The translations under genes and the position numbers were made by a program. From Thermoproteota archaeon (GTDB lineage Archaea > Korarchaeota > Korarchaeia > Korarchaeales > Korarchaeaceae): a DNA stretch of 12,904 nt. The stretch is taken from assembly GCA_027491735.1 (NCBI GenBank), contig JAOZGP010000041.1:1-12904 (forward strand), in the 5' to 3' direction. The notes below the pieces were generated by a model that was not told where the DNA came from, ran no database searches, and saw nothing but the letters and a program-made list of their open reading frames with translations. Shown here piece after piece: positions 1-8,336 of this stretch. Numbering within the stretch: position 1 is the stretch's first letter; each line of letters starts with the position of its first letter.

Positions 1-206
1 GCCTTCGAGCAATGCAGCTTTTTTCACATGCCCTGAGGTGTGGTCAGTGGTGCGACCCCCGGCGTGTGGGTCTCAAGCCCCACTGGGCTTGAGGGGAGAT
101 ATGATGGTCTTCGTTTCCCTCGAAGGCTCTTCGATGAAACCTGAGATGAAAAGAGCCCTGTAGCGAAATATGCTGAATGTTACAAAAGTATGGAGAAGTA
201 GAATGG
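1..206 (+). mobile_element. Probable 3' remnant and right end of an IS607-family (tnpB-carrying) element
   Basis: 181-206 (TACAAAAGT-ATGGAGAAGTAGAATGG) aligns 21/27, with one gap, to the right end of the IS607 element at 10209-10235 read on the - strand (TACAAAAGTTACGGCTAACCAGAATGG). Frame 2 is open from 2 to 163 and ends ...DMMVFVSLEGSSMKP..., resembling archaeal TnpB tails as recalled. ACATGCCCTGAGGTGTGGT (26-44) gives TCPRCG if one base is removed. The left boundary is outside the window or uncertain. Confidence 0.5.
72..93. repeat. Perfect 9-bp inverted repeat (hairpin)
   Basis: CTCAAGCCC-CACT-GGGCTTGAG, seen directly. Confidence 0.85.
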
Positions 207-540
207 CCGGAGCAGGGACACCATGATTATCGCTGCCCGAGATTGTGCCTTGCACAGCTGCAACAGGTGAACCTAGCGGACAAGCGTGGGTTTTCAGCCA
301 TACCCCTCGAGTCGGAGTTTTGTAGCTTCCTAGATAGCCTCGCTAAGAGCTCCCCTCTTGCTGCCCTCAACTTCGATCGCTTACAGCTTTGAACCTCCCT
401 TCCAAGCTCTCCCCGTCAGCTTCCCACAGCCCGCATCCATAACCTCGCCCACGTCGAAATGTCTATAAAAGACCACACCTGCTGAACCCAACGAGACACG
501 ATCCTGTTGTAAGCTGTGCTCGATGTCGACCAGGGAGGTG

Positions 541-558
541 GGGATAATTTTTATTAAA
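541..558 (+). promoter_or_regulatory. Putative BRE/TATA promoter of the rpo operon
   Basis: GGGATAA-TTTTTATTAAA is the only AT-rich tract upstream of rpo5, about 55 nt before the start. Confidence 0.55.
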
Positions 559-609
559 CACATCCGGTTATGAAGAGGAGGTGCATTTTAGGGCACTCCT
601 GAGGGTGTC

Positions 610-951
610 TTGAACTTGGTCAGGAAATCTTCTCGAAGAAGAAAGTCTAGAAGAACTGTTAAAAGGATTAAAGTTAAGAGATCCCCTCCTAAAGTGGAGA
701 AAAAATCCAAGGAGGAGAAGAGGATTGCTGAGTTTGATGTCACAGCACATGTCCTGGTCCCAAAACATGTAAAGCTGAGCGAGAAGGAGAAGGCTGAGCT
801 CGAGGAGAGAGTCGGTAGTCTAAGTCTCCTTCCCAAGATAAAACATTCAGACCCAGCCCTCAGGGGACTAGATGTGAGACCGGGAGATGTAATAAAAATT
901 ATAAGACCCAACGAGCCCGTTCCGTATTACCGAGTGGTTGTAGAGGAATAG
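610..951 (+). CDS. rpo5: DNA-directed RNA polymerase subunit Rpo5 (H), with basic N-terminal extension
   Basis: Rpb5 C-domain motifs HVLVPKH, LPKIKHSDPA, PGDVIKIIR and YYRVV. First gene of the canonical rpoHBA operon. The TTG start is preceded by GAGGGTG; an alternative GTG lies at 694. Confidence 0.95.
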   Translation: MNLVRKSSRRRKSRRTVKRIKVKRSPPKVEKKSKEEKRIAEFDVTAHVLVPKHVKLSEKEKAELEERVGSLSLLPKIKHSDPALRGLDVRPGDVIKIIRPNEPVPYYRVVVEE

Positions 952-990
952 AGATCATGATCTATTCTGCTTCTGTGGAGGGAGGTTTTG

Positions 991-3900
991 ATGAACCTAG
1001 GTAATAGCGTTGATTTTTACCCAATCGTTTTGGCTTATTTTAGAGAAAACAGTTTAGTCGATCCTCAGATAAAATCCTTTGACAAGTTCTTGGAGGAAGG
1101 ACTTCAAGAGGTTATAGACTCCTTCAAGGAGATAGAGCTCATAGAGGGATATAAGCTCATTCTGGGTAAACTCAGCGTCGATAAACCACTAGTCTATGAG
1201 TATGACGGATCCAAGCTCTCCATATACCCGGCTGAGGCGAGGCTCAGGGACACGACATACCAAGCCCCAATATATCTTGATATAAAGGTATATTCCTCTG
1301 GAATGGAGCTCAAGACCGAGCGAGTTCAGCTGGGACATCTGCCGATCATGGTCAGATCGAAGGCCTGCAGGCTCAGCGACCTTGGTGAGGGAAGGAGCTT
1401 AGAGGATGTTGGAGAGGATCCTCTGGATCCCGGAGGATACTTCATAATAAATGGGTCCGAGAGGGTTCTCGTCATCAGAGACGACATAGCTCCCAACAAA
1501 ATAATAGTTGAGGAGGCCAGGGCTGAAAACAAGCCATACTCGCATTCAGCACAGGTTGTTTCAGAGAAGGCGGGTTTCAGAAGCAGGCTTTTCATGGAAT
1601 ACTACCTCAGCGAGGGAGCCATCAAGGCCTCCGTTGGCGGACTGCGTAAGGTTCCTGTGGCCATATTCTTCAAGGCCTTGGGCCTTGTGAGGGACTCTGA
1701 TATACTGAATGCTATCTCCATGAACCCTGAGATATCCAATGAATTCTTGTACAGTATAGAGGAAGCACAGAGAACCCTGAAGTCGGAAGGTCCTCCCTCT
1801 CAGGAGGACGCCTTGGATTATATTGGCAGGAGGCTCATCCAAGGAGCACCGAAGAGGGACAGGATAAGAGTCGCTAAGGACTATCTGAAGACCAGGTTTC
1901 TCCCTCACCTGGGAGATAAAGAGTCGGACTTCAAAGTGAAGGCTTACTATCTGGCGAAGATGATAGAGAAGCTCATCAGGGTCGTCAAGGGAATGTGCGA
2001 ACCGGATGACAAGGATCACTTCTCAAACAAGAGGTTGAGGCTCGCAGGAAATCTGATGCAGGAGCTCTTTAGGGATGCGTTCTATCAGTACATAAGGAGG
2101 TTAAAAGAAAAGGCTGATGATAAGCTCGCTCAAGGAGTTTACGACTTGGAAATTAAGAAACTTGTCGGAACGGAGATGTATATAACTAAGAGGATCATGA
2201 GATCACTGGCCACCGGAGCTTGGCCCCGAGGAGAGCTGGGTATAAGTCAGAACTTGGAAAGAACTAACTACATAGCAACAATCCATCATCTCAGAAGGGT
2301 CAACTCGAGCCTTCCAGCAGGTCTCCCACTACACGAGGTAAGGCAGATCCATGGAACCTCTGTTGGAAGATTATGCCCTCTGGAGACCCCAGAGGGAACT
2401 AACGTCGGACTTGTGAGGAGCTTAGCTCTCATGGCCAACGTGACGTATGGAGTGGATGCCTCGATTATAGTTAGCAGTCTACTTGATTGGGGTATGAGAC
2501 CAATTGAGGAAGCCTCTCCTGAGGAGGTCGGTTCCCTTGTCCCGGTGTACGTGAATGGAAGGTTAGTTGGACTCACGGATAAACCCGATGGTCTAGTAGC
2601 GTTCATCAAGGAGAGGAGAAGAGAGATAAGCCACGAGATAAACGTTACCTACATACCTGAGGAGAACACCGTCTACGTGAATGCTGATGCTGGGAGAATA
2701 CAGAGACCCCTGATACCGGTGGACAAGCTTGATGAGGTGATCTCCATCCTCGATAAGATAAAGAACGGTGAGCTCTCCTTTTCTGAGCTGTTCAGAAGAG
2801 GACTCATAGAACTACTTGATCCCGACGAGGAGGAATCCGCTCTCGTAGCTTACACCTTAGAGGAGGCCAGAAGGCCCGGCTATACGCATTTTGACTTTGC
2901 TCCATACGCCTCGCTCGGCGTAGCTGCCGGACAGATACCCTACGCCGAGCACAATGCCATACCAAGGGACATAATAGGGGGAAACATGGTGAGACAGGGC
3001 ATAGGGGTCTACGCCACTAACTGGAGGCTCAGAACGGACAGCCGCTCCTACATAATGTTCTACCAGCAGAAGCCCATAGTATACACGAGAAGCGCTGAGA
3101 TCGTTGGATATCACGTAAGACCCTCCGGACAGAACCTTGTCGTTGCCCTGATGCCGATGGACGCTTACAACATGGATGATGCTGTGGTCCTCAACAAGGG
3201 AGCTGTTGACAGAGGAATGGCTCGCATCATGACTTTCAGAACCTACAAGGCTGCAGCTAAGAGGCAAGCAGTTATAGAGGGAGATAGAATAGAGAATCCG
3301 CTGCCTCTTAAGGATGTTGTGGGGAAGAGAGAGGATCAGTACTACCAAAAGCTTGGAGAAGACGGTATAGTTGACCTTGAGACTTATGTCAGTGGTGGAG
3401 ATATCCTCATAGGAAGGACTAGCCCTCCAAGGTTTGCCCACAAACTAACGGGCACGGGATGGTTCTCGTTCACCTTCGAGAGGAGAGATACTTCAGTTCC
3501 CATGAGAGCTTGGGAGGAGGGCTACGTCAACGACGTGTACCTGATAACCACCCCAAGCGGAGAGAGGCTTGTGAAGGTGAGGGTCAGGGAGGTCAGACCT
3601 CCGGTCATAGGGGACAAGTTCGCCACAAGACACGGTCAGAAGGGAGTGGTTGGCATGGTGTTCAATGAGGAGGACATGCCTTTCACAGCCAGTGGAATAG
3701 TTCCGGACATAATACTTGATCCTCATGCCATACCCTCCAGGATGACCATAGGTCAGCTCATAGAGATCCTGGCAGGAAAGCTTGGATGCATCAAGGGGGA
3801 GTTCATCGATGGGACGCCCTTCATGAACGAGATGGTTGAGGACCTCATGGAGGCTCTCAGAAGGCTTGGCTTTGAGTACGGCGGCCTCGAGATAATGTAT

Positions 3901-4347
3901 GATGGAAGAACCGGTGAGATGATAAAGGCCCCGATATTCATAGGAGTTGGCTTCTATCAGAGACTTAAGCACCTTGTGAAGGATAAGGTTCACGCCAGAT
4001 CGAGAGGGCAGATGCAACTTTTGACCAAACAGCCTGTGGAGGGAAGAGCGAGGGGAGGAGGGCTCAGATTGGGAGAGATGGAGGGGGAGGTTCTCATCTC
4101 CCATGGAGCTGCTGCCATGTTGAAGGACAGGTACGTGGAGAACTCCGACAAGGAGATAGCATACATTTGCAAGAGATGCAACTCCCTCGCATATTTCAAC
4201 GTGCACACAAACCAGTTCTACTGTCCAAGGTGTAGAGATAACGTGGAGGTTTATCCTATAGTGACGAGCCATGCATCAACTCTGATGATGAAGGAGCTCA
4301 TGTCCGGGCTGATCGATGTCAGAGTGGAGATTGAGGAGGACCTGTAG
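991..4347 (+). CDS. rpo2: DNA-directed RNA polymerase subunit Rpo2 (B), unsplit
   Basis: Motifs GGYFIINGSERV, LCPLETPEG, GDKFATRHGQKG, PSRMTIGQ, YQRLKHLV and GLRLGEME, plus C-terminal CxxC...CxxC. GGAGG at 981-985 favours ATG 991 over TTG 988. Confidence 0.98.
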   Translation: MNLGNSVDFYPIVLAYFRENSLVDPQIKSFDKFLEEGLQEVIDSFKEIELIEGYKLILGKLSVDKPLVYEYDGSKLSIYPAEARLRDTTYQAPIYLDIKVYSSGMELKTERVQLGHLPIMVRSKACRLSDLGEGRSLEDVGEDPLDPGGYFIINGSERVLVIRDDIAPNKIIVEEARAENKPYSHSAQVVSEKAGFRSRLFMEYYLSEGAIKASVGGLRKVPVAIFFKALGLVRDSDILNAISMNPEISNEFLYSIEEAQRTLKSEGPPSQEDALDYIGRRLIQGAPKRDRIRVAKDYLKTRFLPHLGDKESDFKVKAYYLAKMIEKLIRVVKGMCEPDDKDHFSNKRLRLAGNLMQELFRDAFYQYIRRLKEKADDKLAQGVYDLEIKKLVGTEMYITKRIMRSLATGAWPRGELGISQNLERTNYIATIHHLRRVNSSLPAGLPLHEVRQIHGTSVGRLCPLETPEGTNVGLVRSLALMANVTYGVDASIIVSSLLDWGMRPIEEASPEEVGSLVPVYVNGRLVGLTDKPDGLVAFIKERRREISHEINVTYIPEENTVYVNADAGRIQRPLIPVDKLDEVISILDKIKNGELSFSELFRRGLIELLDPDEEESALVAYTLEEARRPGYTHFDFAPYASLGVAAGQIPYAEHNAIPRDIIGGNMVRQGIGVYATNWRLRTDSRSYIMFYQQKPIVYTRSAEIVGYHVRPSGQNLVVALMPMDAYNMDDAVVLNKGAVDRGMARIMTFRTYKAAAKRQAVIEGDRIENPLPLKDVVGKREDQYYQKLGEDGIVDLETYVSGGDILIGRTSPPRFAHKLTGTGWFSFTFERRDTSVPMRAWEEGYVNDVYLITTPSGERLVKVRVREVRPPVIGDKFATRHGQKGVVGMVFNEEDMPFTASGIVPDIILDPHAIPSRMTIGQLIEILAGKLGCIKGEFIDGTPFMNEMVEDLMEALRRLGFEYGGLEIMYDGRTGEMIKAPIFIGVGFYQRLKHLVKDKVHARSRGQMQLLTKQPVEGRARGGGLRLGEMEGEVLISHGAAAMLKDRYVENSDKEIAYICKRCNSLAYFNVHTNQFYCPRCRDNVEVYPIVTSHASTLMMKELMSGLIDVRVEIEEDL

Positions 4348-4358
4348 GAGGGATATTT

Positions 4359-7300
4359 ATGTCAGCTCTGGTTCCCGCTGCTGAAGAAGCGGTTCCTTAT
4401 AGGATAAGAGGTCTCATATTTGGGCTCCTCTCTCCCAAGGATATAAGAAACATAGGAGAGGTCGAGATCACTGAGGCCACAGTCTACGATGAGGGAGGCC
4501 TTCCAGTACAAGGGGGCGTTCTAGACCCGCGGCTGGGCTCCATAAATCCAAGACAGAGATGTCCAACATGTGGAAATCTGGCTAGTAGATGTCCTGGGCA
4601 CTTCGGCAGGTTAGAGCTGGCCAAGCCTGTTCTCCACATAGGATACATAAAGCACATACACAACATGCTGAACTTGACCTGCCACAACTGCGGAAAGATT
4701 CTGGTACCTCCAGAGAAGAGAGAGGAATTGATAAGAGAGGCGAAGAGATATTGGGAGAGAGAGGACACTGGGAACATAGATGACAAGCTGTCACGCAAGG
4801 TGAGAGGGCTTGTTAAGAGCTGCACAAAGAAGCAGAACGAGTGTCCACATTGCGGAGCGCCCATATATAAGGTGAACCTGTCCGAGGTCTTCAAGTTCAT
4901 AATCAGGGAGCCCGAGCCTAGGAAGCTCTTACCCCATGAGATAAGGGACTGGTTGGAGAGGATTCCCGACGACGATGCCATGATCTTAGGTTTTAATCCT
5001 AAGCGGGCTAGACCCGAATGGGCGGTACTAACAGTTATGCTCGTTCCCCCAGTGACGATCAGGCCTTCGATTTATTTAGAAACGGGAGAACGCTCGGAGG
5101 ATGACCTCACTCACATTCTTGTGGAGCTTGTTAAAGCAAATCAGAAGCTTAAGGAATCTATATCCGCTGGATCTCCCGACAGCGTCGTGGAGGGAGAGTG
5201 GGAGCTCCTTCAGTACTGGGTAAGCATCTTTTTCTACAATGCCAAGGCTCAGATGCCGACCGCCACGCAGAGAGGTACCAGAAGACCACTTAAATCCGTA
5301 TTTCAGAGGCTTACGGGTAAGGAAGGAAGGTTTAGAAGGAACCTCATAGGAAAGAGGGTCAATTTCAGCAGCAGGACCGTGATCTCGCCGGATCCCATGA
5401 TAGATATCGATGAGGTGGGTGTCCCTCTCGAGGTTGCAACCACCCTCACGGTCCCGGAGTACGTCAATGAGCAGAACATAGAGACCATGAAGGAGTACGT
5501 GCTAAAGGGTCCGACCGAATACCCTGGAGCCAATTACATAAGAAAGGGCAATCTGGTGATAAACCTCAGAGTCCTCAGAAGAAAGGGGAGGGAGCTACTC
5601 CAGAAAGCTGCTGAGGAGCTTGATCTTGGAGATGTTGTGGAGAGACATCTGATGGACGGGGACTACGTCATATTCAACAGGCAGCCTTCTCTGCACAAGC
5701 TTTCCATCTTGGGACATAGGGTCAAGGTCCTGCCCGGACTCACGTTCCGCCTAAACCCAATCGTCTGTGTACCTTACAACGCTGACTTTGATGGAGATGA
5801 GATGAACTTACATGTACCTCAGCTTCTGGAGGCGAGGTTGGAGGCGAGAGAATTAATGAGCGTTGTAAACAATATGCTATCTCCGAGAACTGGTGGAGCG
5901 ATCATTGGAGCTCGACAGGATCTGATAACCGGGCTCTACTGGCTCACCAAGAAGGATGCCCTCTTCAATAGAAAGGAGGCCTGCAGGATCCTGGCTCGGG
6001 CGGGATTGGACAGGCTTCCTGAACCCGTCATATTCAGTCCCGAACCGTTATGGACTGGTAAATCCTTAGTTACCGAGATACTCAAGCTTATCCCCGGAAA
6101 GCTTAACTACCGCGGGATCTCCAAGTCCTCCAAATCCAAGACGGAGCGTACCGACCCCACGAGCCCAGATGACGGGTATGTCCTCATCATGAATAACGAG
6201 TTCCTGTCCGGAATACTGGATGATAGCATCTTGGGAACCCTGGTGAAGGGCAAACCGACACTTCACGACATTATACTCAGAGATTACGGTCCCAGAGTCG
6301 CTGCTGAGTTTCTAAATAGGCTTTTAAAGATGGTAGCTAAGGAGATAACTCTTTTGGGAGTTACATCCACAATAAAGGAGCTCATGCTTCCAGAAGCCGC
6401 CAAAAAAGAGATCAACCAGAGGTTCAAGGAGGCACTTAGCGTGGTCTCCAAGAAGATAAAGGAGTTCGAGAAAAGCAGAACTGGGAGAAGAGTTCTCCAC
6501 AGGACCAAGGAGGAGCTGCTTGGGGCACTCCTAGAGGAACAAATGCTCGAATTTGAGATTGTTCAGGCTCTGGATAGGGTGAGATCTCAGATAGGTAATG
6601 TGATAAAGAAGTACATGGATCCGAACTCCAACGTCATCGTTATGGCCAAGACCGGTGCCAGAGGTAGCATGACAAACCTGGCTGAGGTCGTTGGTACTGT
6701 AGGACAGCAGATGGTCAAGAGCAGAATAGGGTTTGTGTTAACGAGTGGAAGACCCAAGAAAGGATTTAAGGGGCGAGTGCTCACTTATTTCAAGAAGGGA
6801 GACCTCAGTGCTGAGGCCAGAGGATACGTAAGAAGCAGCTACTTTGATGGGTTGAATCCAGCGGAGTTCATATTCCACGCCATGAGCAGTAGGGAGTCAC
6901 TGATAGATAAGGGAAGGAGAACCGAGGACAGCGGCTACTTCTACAGAAGAGTGGCTAACTCTCTGAAGGACATGTACGTCGAATATGATGGCACCGTCAG
7001 AGATTCGGCCGGTAGAATAATACAGATGGCTTTTGGAGGAGATGGATACGACCCAATAAAGCTCTTTAAGGGCGAACCAGTGAATATTGATGCTCTAATA
7101 AGCGAGATCTGTAAAGGGAAGAGGGGTAGAATGGTTTCTGAGGACGAACTCAGAGCTATGGCCTCCGAAGTCGGACTTCCGGAGGAGGTCATTGAGAGTC
7201 TTGCTAGCAGGGAGATACCTGTTTCCGCCGCCAAGAGAATCGTCAGGAGATTAGCGAAGGAGGTAGAAAGATGTAAAATCGACCCTCTCACACCTATAGG

Positions 7301-8318
7301 AATAATATCTGCGCAGAGTATAGCTGAACCCACGACTCAGATGGTCCTGAGAACCTTCCATGCTCCAGGAGTTCTGGAACTGGATGTAACTTATGGTGTG
7401 GAGAGATTTAAGGAGTTGGTGTTTTACGCGTCAACAAGCAGACCTTCGATGACGATCTATCTCAAACCGGAGTATGCTAGAGATGAGGAGAAGGCCAGAA
7501 AGACAGCTAGCAAGATAAAGGAGGTTAAAATAAGGGATCTGATCTCCGAGTTCGACATAGATAACACGACGTTTACGCTGACCATAAGAGTGGACGAGAA
7601 GGCCCTGAAGTCCAACGAGGTTACCGTCGAGGAGCTGGGGAACACAATAAAAAGAATGGTCAAGGGAAGGAAGGGTGAAGTCAGTAGAAAGGGTGATTTA
7701 ATGATCATTTCCCTTATAGAAGCCGCCAATAGAGATAAGCCGTTCCAGACATTGAGATCTTGGTCGATGAAGATTTTGGATAGGAGAATGAGGGGCATAA
7801 AGGGAATAAGAAAGGTCAGGGTTGAGAGGTCGAGAGAGGGGGAGTACGTGCTCAAGACCACGGGTTCCAACCTCAAAGCAGTTCTGAACATGCCTCAGGT
7901 CGATGCCACAAGAACCATCACAAACGATTGCCGTGAAGTAGCTGAGGTTCTTGGCATTGAAGCTGCCAGAGAGTGTATTTTTAGACAGCTAATGGGCGTG
8001 CTAGAGGAACAGGGTCTGGAAGTGAATGGAAGATATGTCTCACTTATAGCTGATGCCATGGCTTACAAAGGACACTTGGAGGCCATGAGGCTGCAGGCTC
8101 TCGGGATACCGTCCGGGTTCTTCAGTGAGATGAAGACTCCGCTCAGCAAGATGGCCTTCGAGTGGACGTACCACGTTATATTGAACTGTGCCAGGAGAGG
8201 GGATAAGAATATTATATCGAGCCCGCTTGATGCACTGATAGTTGGGCAGACCCCGCCCACAGGGACCGGAATGGTCTCGGTCAGGTGGGACGTGGACAAG
8301 CTCGCAGTGGAGGAATAA
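4359..8318 (+). CDS. rpo1: DNA-directed RNA polymerase largest subunit Rpo1, single polypeptide (A' and A'' fused)
   Basis: CPTC...CPGHFG zinc site, GKRVNFSSR, NRQPSLH, catalytic NADFDGD (5778-5798), AQSIAEPTTQMVLRTFH and GTG C-terminal region all lie in one 1319-aa frame. SD GGAGGGA lies upstream. Confidence 0.98.
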   Translation: MSALVPAAEEAVPYRIRGLIFGLLSPKDIRNIGEVEITEATVYDEGGLPVQGGVLDPRLGSINPRQRCPTCGNLASRCPGHFGRLELAKPVLHIGYIKHIHNMLNLTCHNCGKILVPPEKREELIREAKRYWEREDTGNIDDKLSRKVRGLVKSCTKKQNECPHCGAPIYKVNLSEVFKFIIREPEPRKLLPHEIRDWLERIPDDDAMILGFNPKRARPEWAVLTVMLVPPVTIRPSIYLETGERSEDDLTHILVELVKANQKLKESISAGSPDSVVEGEWELLQYWVSIFFYNAKAQMPTATQRGTRRPLKSVFQRLTGKEGRFRRNLIGKRVNFSSRTVISPDPMIDIDEVGVPLEVATTLTVPEYVNEQNIETMKEYVLKGPTEYPGANYIRKGNLVINLRVLRRKGRELLQKAAEELDLGDVVERHLMDGDYVIFNRQPSLHKLSILGHRVKVLPGLTFRLNPIVCVPYNADFDGDEMNLHVPQLLEARLEARELMSVVNNMLSPRTGGAIIGARQDLITGLYWLTKKDALFNRKEACRILARAGLDRLPEPVIFSPEPLWTGKSLVTEILKLIPGKLNYRGISKSSKSKTERTDPTSPDDGYVLIMNNEFLSGILDDSILGTLVKGKPTLHDIILRDYGPRVAAEFLNRLLKMVAKEITLLGVTSTIKELMLPEAAKKEINQRFKEALSVVSKKIKEFEKSRTGRRVLHRTKEELLGALLEEQMLEFEIVQALDRVRSQIGNVIKKYMDPNSNVIVMAKTGARGSMTNLAEVVGTVGQQMVKSRIGFVLTSGRPKKGFKGRVLTYFKKGDLSAEARGYVRSSYFDGLNPAEFIFHAMSSRESLIDKGRRTEDSGYFYRRVANSLKDMYVEYDGTVRDSAGRIIQMAFGGDGYDPIKLFKGEPVNIDALISEICKGKRGRMVSEDELRAMASEVGLPEEVIESLASREIPVSAAKRIVRRLAKEVERCKIDPLTPIGIISAQSIAEPTTQMVLRTFHAPGVLELDVTYGVERFKELVFYASTSRPSMTIYLKPEYARDEEKARKTASKIKEVKIRDLISEFDIDNTTFTLTIRVDEKALKSNEVTVEELGNTIKRMVKGRKGEVSRKGDLMIISLIEAANRDKPFQTLRSWSMKILDRRMRGIKGIRKVRVERSREGEYVLKTTGSNLKAVLNMPQVDATRTITNDCREVAEVLGIEAARECIFRQLMGVLEEQGLEVNGRYVSLIADAMAYKGHLEAMRLQALGIPSGFFSEMKTPLSKMAFEWTYHVILNCARRGDKNIISSPLDALIVGQTPPTGTGMVSVRWDVDKLAVEE

Positions 8319-8336
8319 GTGGGGGGTGTGCAACGT

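Noticed and set aside
73-563. ORFs 73-255, 177-392 and 381-563 as real genes
   Set aside because: They are short and mutually overlapping, lack recognisable motifs, and two cross the putative IS end.
991-8318. Inteins in the RNAP subunits
   Set aside because: Lengths match intein-free subunits, and no intein-sized insertions or splice-junction motifs were seen.
4359-8318. Fused Rpo1 as a novelty in itself
   Set aside because: Unsplit Rpo1 is already known in Korarchaeia and Nitrososphaeria. Only the junction signal and motif changes are flagged.
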